A stretch of DNA of 64,000 bases, taken from the sequence record OR805292.1; one strand, 5' to 3'. The notes under the pieces were generated by a model that searched no databases, was not told the origin of the DNA, and saw only the letters and a program-made list of their open reading frames with translations. The translations under genes and the position numbers were made by a program. Below are positions 56,298 to 64,000 of the stretch, piece after piece (positions within the stretch are counted from its first letter, which is position 1; every line of letters begins with the position of its first letter).

Positions 56298-56510
56298 ATG
56301 CTAAAAATTACGATTAAATCTGATTATAATAATACAAGAAAAATTAGAAAATGGCTATTTACTGAGTTTAGAAATGATATAGGGTGGCACGACATGTTTA
56401 AAGACGGTGAACGATACGAAGTATTTTATTTTAATTCACCCGAATCTGAAATAATAGCTAGGATAAAATACCCATATATATTTATTAATGGAATATCAGA
56501 AAGAACATGA
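56298..56510 (+). CDS. Hypothetical protein
   Basis: ATG 56298; coupled to the next ORF. Confidence 0.45.
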   Translation: MLKITIKSDYNNTRKIRKWLFTEFRNDIGWHDMFKDGERYEVFYFNSPESEIIARIKYPYIFINGISERT

Positions 56511-56842
56511 AAAAATTATATTCCGATTATTTAGTATCTGAAGATAATCCCTTGATGTACATGAGCACTAAACCTGTTTATTATAGTAGATGGTCGCCTG
56601 CTTGTAAGGATTACTCTAGTGATGAAATAGATTCATATAGAAGAAAAATAGTTAATATAATAAAAGACATGCGCCGGACTTCTGAATTCGTCGGAGTAGC
56701 TATAGACGCCAATGACTTCAAATATATTGCTTTTAAGAATCACGACGATGCTGTGTATTTTACTCTAAGTGTTGGATCTGAATTTACTAGAGTATATGCA
56801 TGGCGCACTGGTTTACTTTTTCATATAACGACAAATGACTAA
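56507..56842 (+). CDS. Hypothetical protein
   Basis: Contains IAFKNHDDAVYFTL, resembling the C-terminal motif of the WCxEN family. Confidence 0.55.
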   Translation: MKKLYSDYLVSEDNPLMYMSTKPVYYSRWSPACKDYSSDEIDSYRRKIVNIIKDMRRTSEFVGVAIDANDFKYIAFKNHDDAVYFTLSVGSEFTRVYAWRTGLLFHITTND

Positions 56843-57137
56843 ACACTGGGACCTATCAAAGTATTCTGTAGATATAGGCGGCGAAGACGGAAATGTATTT
56901 TTCCTTGTGGCAAGAATAAAACGAATAATACAAGAATTATATTCTTCAGAAGATTCTATAATATTTGCTAAAATGGCTTGGTTTAAAGATTATGAAGCCA
57001 TTGGGATCGATGCGAAACCGACATACTCAGATATACTAAACAGAATTATAGAACTTACAAATATTACCTACATTAGTACATATAAATTGCCACTAGACGA
57101 CGTACATTATACGCTTTATACTACGCATATACTTTAA
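56835..57137 (+). CDS. Hypothetical protein
   Basis: G.DGN.F.L motif, 100 aa. Confidence 0.55.
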   Translation: MTKHWDLSKYSVDIGGEDGNVFFLVARIKRIIQELYSSEDSIIFAKMAWFKDYEAIGIDAKPTYSDILNRIIELTNITYISTYKLPLDDVHYTLYTTHIL

Positions 57138-57159
57138 TAACCGCCGCTGGAGACATGCA

Positions 57160-57660
57160 ATGGCAACTGTGAACCAAAAAAATACTTCTGTAAATGCCCA
57201 AGCTACCGATGCAAATGCAGATCCACTAGCGCACCGCAAGGTAATCGGGGAAAAAGAGAAAAAAGCTATTGCTCGTAAAATGCGAGTATTGCGACTGAAA
57301 TATTTTTTCGCCGAATTAAAGGAAAAAATTTGCAGTATTCGTTTTACTAAGCATCATCTAATTCATTGGCGAAATACTATGTGGCTCAACGCTGCATTTT
57401 TTCTCCGCGGCTTGATAGGGATTATGACCTTCGGCCTAGTTGAGCTAGAACTAACTGGCAAACCGTCTACTTACCGAGCTGTTTCTGGTGCTGTGCTCCG
57501 AGAGAACCTAGAACGACAGCTAGCAGAGACAGAAGCATATAAGTCCGGAGAACAAGTCCTAGTAGGTACTAGTAGTTCGGATTCAAAACGGCAAACAGTT
57601 GCCGATGCGAGTGAAGATGAGTTGGACGACTGGCTCAAGCACTTTTCCGGACGCAGCTAA
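57160..57660 (+). CDS. Hypothetical early protein
   Basis: Own promoter TAGACG-17-TATACT (57094-57122), GGAG SD, own terminator, GC-richer codons. Confidence 0.65.
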   Translation: MATVNQKNTSVNAQATDANADPLAHRKVIGEKEKKAIARKMRVLRLKYFFAELKEKICSIRFTKHHLIHWRNTMWLNAAFFLRGLIGIMTFGLVELELTGKPSTYRAVSGAVLRENLERQLAETEAYKSGEQVLVGTSSSDSKRQTVADASEDELDDWLKHFSGRS

Positions 57661-57675
57661 GACCTGCATAGTTGT

Positions 57676-57705
57676 AAAAGGGCACTTGACAGGTGCCCTT
57701 TTTTT
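57676..57705 (+). terminator. Intrinsic terminator containing the next promoter's -35
   Basis: AAAAGGGCAC 57676-57685 / GTGCCCTTTT 57693-57702 plus T-run; TTGACA 57686-57691; TATAAT 57710-57715. Confidence 0.85.
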
Positions 57706-57735
57706 GCCATATAATATAGGAAAAGGAATTTCTAT

Positions 57736-58032
57736 ATGATTAACGGCGATTGGTCTAAATTAACAGATGAAGAATTACAGTCTAGATTGATGAAAGCAAG
57801 GGAATATTTAAATCAAGCACATATGGCTGGCCATCATACCTTAATACACAGTGTAGAAATAACACTGGCACAACTAGAAGAAGAATACGAATACAGGATG
57901 ACCAAGGCACGTAATGAGCAATTAACAAAAGAAAATATGGCAAAAGGTATAGATCCCCTCGCTCCTATTAATTTAGGTAAAGTATCGGGTGACCCAACTG
58001 CATTAGACCGTATAACAAAAAGGAACAAATAA
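57736..58032 (+). CDS. Hypothetical coiled-coil protein
   Basis: 98-aa ORF, AAGGA SD. Confidence 0.55.
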   Translation: MINGDWSKLTDEELQSRLMKAREYLNQAHMAGHHTLIHSVEITLAQLEEEYEYRMTKARNEQLTKENMAKGIDPLAPINLGKVSGDPTALDRITKRNK

Positions 58033-58740
58033 ATGTTTGCTGACGTACAAGGGTTTTATTCTTTTAAAAGAAAATTTAAAACACACGTTCTTACTTCTGT
58101 ATTGAAAGAAACTGAATGGGAAATTATAATTGGATTCGTTCCTGCAAAGGATGCAAGCAACGGAGAAGATTTAATTGATTTTGAAGTTCAAAAAAATATA
58201 ATAGATTACTGGATTTCTAATTACGTAGAAGGCAGTATTATCGTCGATATGAGCGATACTAGAATTTCTATGTTGTATGATATAGCAGAAAATAACATAA
58301 TAGGTGTTCCTAGTTTTCCTAAAGATTTAAAAACACTAGCAATGGTTTTTCATTCTAAGATTTCATCTATAACAGATGGTAAGCTATCTATAGGTGACAT
58401 TATTATATCAGACGATAGTAATTTTAGTTACACATTCGGAAAACATGTAGATGAAATATATGATCTTCCTACAATAGACGATATGTTTCCTAATGAAGAT
58501 GAAAAACCTATATGGGACGTGCCGTGGTGGGATAGGGTTGATGTAGATACATTTGATTATGTTCCTGATTTAGAAAATCGTACATTAGAAGAAGTACAAA
58601 TGTCTGTTTGTACAAGACATGTGTTAAATGATATTAACGATAAGTTCGAAGCTGCAATAAAAGAAGAATTGGGTATAAATGTAGAAACTGAAGACAATGT
58701 TGTAGACATAGTTGATGTTTTAAATGAACGACAAATATAA
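58033..58740 (+). CDS. Conserved acidic hypothetical protein
   Basis: 235-aa ORF coupled to the DnaE-N fragment. Confidence 0.6.
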   Translation: MFADVQGFYSFKRKFKTHVLTSVLKETEWEIIIGFVPAKDASNGEDLIDFEVQKNIIDYWISNYVEGSIIVDMSDTRISMLYDIAENNIIGVPSFPKDLKTLAMVFHSKISSITDGKLSIGDIIISDDSNFSYTFGKHVDEIYDLPTIDDMFPNEDEKPIWDVPWWDRVDVDTFDYVPDLENRTLEEVQMSVCTRHVLNDINDKFEAAIKEELGINVETEDNVVDIVDVLNERQI

Positions 58741-59233
58741 TAGAAAAGAAATAACTATATCAACAGGCATAAATATCCTTTTGCAAGGGAACCAGCTGGG
58801 AGATCCACTCTTTGTTGACAACGAAGACATAAACAAGTATAATATGCACGTAGAACAAGTGTTAGGGTTGCATAAACTTAATACGACGAAACACTTAACT
58901 TGTTCTGTTGATGAATTTCATGAAAAAATGTCTTCAGAATGGTTTATGCCACCGGAATTTAAAAATATAGATATAGATTCTTTTATATTAAATTTATGTG
59001 ACACTAATGCACAAAAAGAAAGAGTATTAATGGAACTAAAACTCTTTCAAGAACGCGGTTTATACAATATGCTAAGATTTATGATATATTTTGTATCATA
59101 TATGAGGGAAAATTGTCTTATCTGGGGTGTGGGGCGCGGGTCTAGTGTTGCATCTTATGTATTATTTTTAATAGGCGTGCATAAAGTAGATTCACTAAAA
59201 TATAATTTAGATATAAAAGAATTTCTAAAATAA
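58724..59233 (+). CDS. dnaE: DnaE (Pol III alpha)-like N-terminal palm fragment of a split core
   Basis: ERV..EL.....GL..MLR.....V..MREN...WGVGRGSSVAS.VL.LIG...VDSLKYNL....FLK-stop matches DnaE just before the PDxDxD motif. Confidence 0.85.
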   Translation: MNDKYNRKEITISTGINILLQGNQLGDPLFVDNEDINKYNMHVEQVLGLHKLNTTKHLTCSVDEFHEKMSSEWFMPPEFKNIDIDSFILNLCDTNAQKERVLMELKLFQERGLYNMLRFMIYFVSYMRENCLIWGVGRGSSVASYVLFLIGVHKVDSLKYNLDIKEFLK

Positions 59234-59245
59234 AAGGAGTTAATT

Positions 59246-59587
59246 ATGCAAAAAAAATCTAACAATGGCGTATTAGTAGATATGGATTCACTCCGTATTC
59301 AAAATGAAAATGTAGTTGCAGTAGGAAACATGAATGTTAACGCAAAAGGCGACAAGTTAGGTCCAGGCGGCGAAATTATAGAAACTGCCGCCGAGCGAGT
59401 TCACAGATACCATTCTGAACATCAAACAGAAACTGCAACAGCTTCTATCAAACCCAATCTAGATGAAGAAGATGAGCACGAAGAAGTAGTACAACCTAAA
59501 AAAGTTACAAAAGAAAAACGTAAGAAAGAAATTATAGATGACGAAGGGAACATTACTATAACAGAAGATAGTAATAAAGATATTTAA
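59246..59587 (+). CDS. Conserved hypothetical protein
   Basis: VGNMNVNAKGD.LGPGG.I motif. Confidence 0.6.
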   Translation: MQKKSNNGVLVDMDSLRIQNENVVAVGNMNVNAKGDKLGPGGEIIETAAERVHRYHSEHQTETATASIKPNLDEEDEHEEVVQPKKVTKEKRKKEIIDDEGNITITEDSNKDI

Positions 59588-59588
59588 A

Positions 59589-59915
59589 ATGAATATAATA
59601 CCACTTCATAACAATATTATTGTAACTAATTTTAAAAAAGGCGAACGCACTGTAGGCGGTATTATTTTTACAGATGATAACGGTAAGTCACACGGCATCC
59701 GCGCTCGGTGGGCACAAGTATCCCATGTAAGAGAAGATCAAAAAGATACATTTGTTGTAGGCCAATGGGTGTTAATTAAGCACGGTCGCTGGTCCCGTCC
59801 AGTACACACTACAGAGCAAAATGTATATTACTGTGCTGAAATAGATTCTATTTTATTGATATCCGATGAAGAGCCAGAAGACAATATAATAGTAGAAACA
59901 CGAGTTTATAATTAA
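59589..59915 (+). CDS. groES: GroES-like co-chaperonin (gp31-like)
   Basis: I.PL.N.IIV.....E.T.GGI mobile loop, VG.WVL. Confidence 0.8.
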   Translation: MNIIPLHNNIIVTNFKKGERTVGGIIFTDDNGKSHGIRARWAQVSHVREDQKDTFVVGQWVLIKHGRWSRPVHTTEQNVYYCAEIDSILLISDEEPEDNIIVETRVYN

Positions 59916-59928
59916 GGCATAATATCTA

Positions 59929-60858
59929 ATGAAAGAATTATGGACAGAAAAATATCGTCCTAAAAAAGTAGAAGATTACGTATTTACTAGTGAACAACAA
60001 AAGAAGCAAGTACAAAGTTGGATAGACAATAAAAGTATTGGAAATCTTTTGCTTACTGGTACACCTGGTGTAGGCAAAACTACTTTAGCTAGGTTACTGT
60101 TAAATGAATTAGGAGTAATGGATGCCGATTGTCTGTTCATTAACGCATCTAGAGATAACGGTGTAGATTTTATTAGGGACACAGTTAGTGGGTTTGCTTC
60201 TACATTACCGTTCGGCGATTTTAAATATATTATACTAGATGAGTGCGACCATTTAAGTATAAATGCACAAGCAACACTTCGTGGAATATTAGAGCAATAT
60301 TCAAATTCTTGTAGATTTATTCTTACAGGTAATTATCAAAATAAAATTATCCCTGCATTACACAGTCGTTGTCAGAGTTTCCACGTAGAAAAAGTAGATG
60401 AAGTCGAATTTACTACACGAATGGCGACTATACTTTTAAATGAAGGCATTAGTTTTGAATTAGAAGTGTTAGACGATTTCGTAAAATCTACGTATCCTGA
60501 TCTTAGAAAATGCATTAATGTACTTCAGCAGAATACAACTAGTGGTGTATTAGAAATACCGCAAGCATCTAGTGTAACAACAGAAGATTATAAGATTAGT
60601 GCAATTGCTCTGTTTAAAAATGGAAAATATTCCGAAGCAAGGCAACTTATATGTAAACAAATACGACAAGAAGAGTATGATGATATGTATAGGTTTATGT
60701 ATGATAATTTAGATCTTTGGGGTGATACTGATGATCAAAAAGATAGTGCAATTCTTATTATTAGAAATGGCTTATCTAAACACTCATTAGTTGCTGATCC
60801 GGAAATAAACTTATCAGCAACAATTATAGAACTAGAACGAAACAGACGAGGACTTTAA
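59929..60858 (+). CDS. Clamp loader ATPase subunit (gp44/RFC-like)
   Basis: WTEKYRP, GTPGVGKT, NAS, ILDECD, SRC, YPDLR. Confidence 0.93.
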   Translation: MKELWTEKYRPKKVEDYVFTSEQQKKQVQSWIDNKSIGNLLLTGTPGVGKTTLARLLLNELGVMDADCLFINASRDNGVDFIRDTVSGFASTLPFGDFKYIILDECDHLSINAQATLRGILEQYSNSCRFILTGNYQNKIIPALHSRCQSFHVEKVDEVEFTTRMATILLNEGISFELEVLDDFVKSTYPDLRKCINVLQQNTTSGVLEIPQASSVTTEDYKISAIALFKNGKYSEARQLICKQIRQEEYDDMYRFMYDNLDLWGDTDDQKDSAILIIRNGLSKHSLVADPEINLSATIIELERNRRGL

Positions 60859-60859
60859 T

Positions 60860-61222
60860 ATGGTTTCAACTAAACGAGCATACATTGTACTGACTCATCG
60901 ATATTCACTAAAGAAATACACTAAAGACCAATGGGAAGTAACAGAAGAGTGTTCATTTCTTAATAAATTGCCGAATTCTGTGTTGCTTCAATCGTCTGTT
61001 ATTTTAGATGCAAAGACAGAAACTGTATATAAAAATAGAACAGAAGGCAATGCGTCATATAACGAAATTGCAAAATATGTTGCTGAAAAATATCCCATTC
61101 AGTTTGGACAATTTTATAGCCTTTTAGGTAAAGAGAATCCGTTTGCAATAAAAGAATCAAATACTGCCAACGAAGAAACTACAGAACCCGAAATTAGCGA
61201 GACAGAATCTAGTGAGCAATAA
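60860..61222 (+). CDS. Hypothetical protein
   Basis: 120-aa ORF. Confidence 0.55.
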   Translation: MVSTKRAYIVLTHRYSLKKYTKDQWEVTEECSFLNKLPNSVLLQSSVILDAKTETVYKNRTEGNASYNEIAKYVAEKYPIQFGQFYSLLGKENPFAIKESNTANEETTEPEISETESSEQ

Positions 61223-61808
61223 TCTTATACTAGTAGATGTTGACGGTGTACTTTTAAAATGGTATCCCGAATTTTTAAATTTTTTGAAATCTAAAAACCT
61301 TATACCGCAAGATAGTAATATTGTTGCATCTACGTATGATATGGCATCTGACTTAAAATTAGATAAAGATGCCATTAATGAACTTATAACAGAGTTTAAT
61401 AATTCTAGTGCAATGCGATATCTGTCTCCCATGGATAACGCAGTAGATGCTATTAATAAATTAAAAGATAAAGGATTTAGTTTTGTTGCTATTAGTAGCT
61501 TAAGTGGGAAAGAACATGCACTAGATAATAGAAAATACAATATCTCTGAAGTATTCGGCAAAGAAGTGTTTGATGAAGTCCACTGCATAGAGCCTGGACT
61601 AAGTAAAGAAGAATTGTTAAAGAAATATTCTAAAGATGCAATTCTCTGGATAGAAGACCATCCGGGTAACGCAGAATTAGGTCATAAACTCGGTATAAAA
61701 ACTGTTCTTGCACTTCATCCTCATAATACAAATGTAAAAACTTCTAAAAATATTATAAGGATTGATATAGACAAACTTTGGACCGAAATAGAAAATATTG
61801 TAAACTAA
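61212..61808 (+). CDS. HAD-superfamily phosphatase (5'-nucleotidase-like)
   Basis: LVDVDGVL, ISS, WIEDH. Confidence 0.85.
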   Translation: MSNNLILVDVDGVLLKWYPEFLNFLKSKNLIPQDSNIVASTYDMASDLKLDKDAINELITEFNNSSAMRYLSPMDNAVDAINKLKDKGFSFVAISSLSGKEHALDNRKYNISEVFGKEVFDEVHCIEPGLSKEELLKKYSKDAILWIEDHPGNAELGHKLGIKTVLALHPHNTNVKTSKNIIRIDIDKLWTEIENIVN

Positions 61809-61810
61809 CA

Positions 61811-61892
61811 AAAATAAAACCCTAACTAGTTAGGGTTTTATTTTGGGTTTATTAATTAGACAAAATAAAAGGGGCATATGCCCCTTTTATTT
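61811..61892. terminator. Two tandem perfect palindromes (34 and 30 bp) between convergent genes
   Basis: AAAATAAAACCCTAACT/AGTTAGGGTTTTATTTT 61811-61844; AAATAAAAGGGGCAT/ATGCCCCTTTTATTT 61863-61892. Confidence 0.85.
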
Positions 61893-62664
61893 AATTAATG
61901 TCCTTATACATTTCTAAAATATCTTCAATTAGTGGATGACGTTTAATATCCTTTGAAGTAAATTTAATGACACTTATGTGTTTATTGCCGCCTGCTCTGT
62001 CGAGTCTTTCTAAGAAATCTTTTAGTCCATTTACTTCGAAGCCCCGATCGTGTTGCTCTATATCGCCGGTAACTATCATTTTACAATTCTCACCTATTCT
62101 TGAAAAAAGCATTTTAGACATGTTAGGCGTTGTATTCTGTATTTCGTCTGCTAATATAACACAATTTTTAAATGTTCTGCCTCTCATATATGCAAGGGGA
62201 GCAATTTCTATAATTTCTTCCATAAGCATTTGTTCTATTTCGACAGGGGAATAATATTCTTTAAACACATCCATTATTGGTATTACCCAAGGAGCCATTT
62301 TATCTATTAGCGTGCCTGGCAAAAAACCGTGTTCTTCGTCGACTGATACTGCTGGCCTAGTAATTACAATCTTATCGCATTTACCTTCTTTATATGCTTT
62401 AATTGCATACATAGATGCTAGTAATGTTTTTCCAGATCCCGCTGGACCTGTTGCAAATACAATGTGCTGTGTATCGTCTTCTAACGCATCTACATATTCT
62501 TCTTGTGCTAAGCTTTTTGGTATTAGCTTAACTTCTTGTTTTCTTTGTATAGATCTTACTTGTTTAGTATTAGTAGACGGCTGAACAACATTGTTAGTTA
62601 CTAGATGAAAGGTACTATTAGGACCTTCGCTTGCTCGAGCTTTGCGCTTATCACGTTGTTTCAA
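61891..62664 (-). CDS. phoH: PhoH-family ATPase
   Basis: GPAGSGKT, TRPAV, GFLPG, AYMRGRTF, DEIQN, GDIEQHD, R..L. Confidence 0.95.
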   Translation of the reverse strand: MKQRDKRKARASEGPNSTFHLVTNNVVQPSTNTKQVRSIQRKQEVKLIPKSLAQEEYVDALEDDTQHIVFATGPAGSGKTLLASMYAIKAYKEGKCDKIVITRPAVSVDEEHGFLPGTLIDKMAPWVIPIMDVFKEYYSPVEIEQMLMEEIIEIAPLAYMRGRTFKNCVILADEIQNTTPNMSKMLFSRIGENCKMIVTGDIEQHDRGFEVNGLKDFLERLDRAGGNKHISVIKFTSKDIKRHPLIEDILEMYKDIN

Positions 62665-62840
62665 AAGTATGACTCCTGGTTAAAATCTTATTTTTAGTGT
62701 GATAATATGTATAAAGACCTAATCTTTACATTGTTATTTATGTGTGTTATTATACATTAAGACTTAAGAAAAATCTACATCTAATTTTAAATATTAAGAT
62801 TAATGTGTAGATAAATATAATATATTATTTGGATAGTAAA

Positions 62841-63362
62841 ATGAACAAACACAATGCAGATACTGCTAGAGAGAATTTAGTTCAAATAGCAGGAAATAAT
62901 AAAGTATTAGATATGCTCATAGAATTAGAAAAAACATTAGATAACTGTAATGTTTTTTCTTATGCAAATTGGAATAAAGGAGAATTAGTTGCCGGACCCT
63001 TTATTTCTAGATATTGGGTTACTACTACTTGGATGTACAATGAAAAAGATATGCCGGATCCCGATGCAGGATTGCGTTTACTAAAATACGGTTGCAAAGT
63101 AAAGTACGAAAGGGATGTTTTTTTAGAACCAAAAAAAGTAACAGGCAGACCTGACTACGAAAACCCATCCACTAAGCAAGCAAAAATAGAAGAATTGCCT
63201 ATTTGGTTAGTGACAATAACTATGCCTAGGAAATTTATAGACGAAGCAATAATAGATGGCATGCAGGATTTCTCTAACGTAGATGATATAGATCCTAGTG
63301 CAATAGCCGATGTAGAAGCAGCAGGCGAAAACGGAATAAACGATGTAGATGGAAATCTATAA
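62841..63362 (+). CDS. Conserved hypothetical late protein
   Basis: TAAATA 62812-62817; ATG 62841 after a GGA SD. Confidence 0.6.
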   Translation: MNKHNADTARENLVQIAGNNKVLDMLIELEKTLDNCNVFSYANWNKGELVAGPFISRYWVTTTWMYNEKDMPDPDAGLRLLKYGCKVKYERDVFLEPKKVTGRPDYENPSTKQAKIEELPIWLVTITMPRKFIDEAIIDGMQDFSNVDDIDPSAIADVEAAGENGINDVDGNL

Positions 63363-63391
63363 AATTATTCCATATTATAAAGGGGTATATA

Positions 63392-64000
63392 ATGTTAGCT
63401 AGACACTCATTAAAAGGAACCGTATTACCTATAATTTCGGTAGATGAGTATATGCCTAAATCTGGAACACAGGAAGAAGTTATAGTCATTGCATTCTATA
63501 CCATTGACGAAGACCCTGCGTTTGATTTAGACGATTTTATAGAAAAAAGTTTTATAGAAGTATTAGATGTTGATGTAAGTCCCAATCCCGACGAAAACGG
63601 AAATTATTTAGTATTTGTAGAATTAAAAAGAAAAGCAGGCTTTTTTGAAAAATTTTACAAGATTATAAAAGATGTAGAAAATGTTTCTGGAAAGCAAGAC
63701 TGGTTAGTGAAGGCATATCTTTGTAACGAATTACTACCATACAATGACGAAAGACTATTAGATTATATAATATTACTAGATGACGAAGAAGCATCAATAA
63801 CAGAAAGTGTAATATCTATGCTTACTGACAGTGATATATCTTCTGCTCACATCGATGATTCTAGAATATACATATCTAATTCTCATAGAACAGTAAGTTT
63901 TGAGCCATTGTATATAGGCGAAACAGCATTTAATAGTTTAAAACTAAATGAATGTGCTATAGAACTATCTAATGTAGATAGTAATGTTGCTTTATTATCG
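63392..64000 (+). CDS. Hypothetical protein, truncated by the window end
   Basis: AGGGG SD, ATG 63392, MLARHSLKGTVLPIISVDEYMPKSG..., read as open towards the window end. Confidence 0.65.
   Translation, partial: MLARHSLKGTVLPIISVDEYMPKSGTQEEVIVIAFYTIDEDPAFDLDDFIEKSFIEVLDVDVSPNPDENGNYLVFVELKRKAGFFEKFYKIIKDVENVSGKQDWLVKAYLCNELLPYNDERLLDYIILLDDEEASITESVISMLTDSDISSAHIDDSRIYISNSHRTVSFEPLYIGETAFNSLKLNECAIELSNVDSNVALLS

Noticed and set aside
15148-59233. Split DnaE explained as an assembly error or decaying pseudogene
   Set aside because: Both pieces are intact, embedded in coupled operons 43 kb apart, and keep their catalytic motifs. The internal deletions are clean rather than frameshifted.
441-63489. 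Many short antisense or alternative-frame ORFs in the track (for example 17087-17536, 45668-46102, 49215-49640, 61157-61588)
   Set aside because: They overlap well-supported genes, lack SD or promoter signals and recognisable motifs, and are expected shadows of the coding strand.
1-64000. Stop-codon reassignment (as in Lak or crAss-like phages)
   Set aside because: Conserved genes are full length in the standard code, and TAA, TAG and TGA all end genes at expected positions.
1-64000. tRNA, tmRNA or rRNA genes
   Set aside because: Intergenic gaps are short and explained by promoters and terminators. I recognised no cloverleaf or T-loop (GTTCRA) context by eye; tRNAscan-SE or Aragorn would be decisive.

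Overview
This AT-rich, almost entirely plus-strand 64 kb window is part of a large T4-related (RaK2/GAP32-like) jumbo myophage genome. The host is probably proteobacterial, judging from the sigma70 promoters and E. coli-type NrdAB. It encodes the terminase, gp32-like SSB, UvsX/UvsY/UvsW recombination proteins, primase, helicase, clamp loader, DNA ligase and NrdAB/ThyA/dCMP deaminase/MazG. It also carries FolE plus two QueD, ribosomal protein S21, a proteostasis set (ClpX, ClpP, ClpS, FtsH, a YccA-like protein, Hsp20, GroES), an SOD, PhoH and a block of late virion genes. Three features stand out. (1) uvsX is fractured into two genes joined by an atypically split intein (17-aa IntN, 128-aa IntC), with a Vsr-like homing endonuclease between them whose ribosome-binding site is hidden in a hairpin containing a late promoter. 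(2) A miniaturised DnaE-type polymerase core is split into two genes 43 kb apart, with catalytic aspartates intact and no intein. (3) Several cis-regulatory RNAs are readable from the sequence: a gene-32-type pseudoknot, a ROSE-like thermometer on hsp20, and leaderless mRNAs. A PAAR-M15 peptidase fusion is also present. I saw no tRNA, rRNA or CRISPR array. All family assignments are from motif recognition, not database searches.
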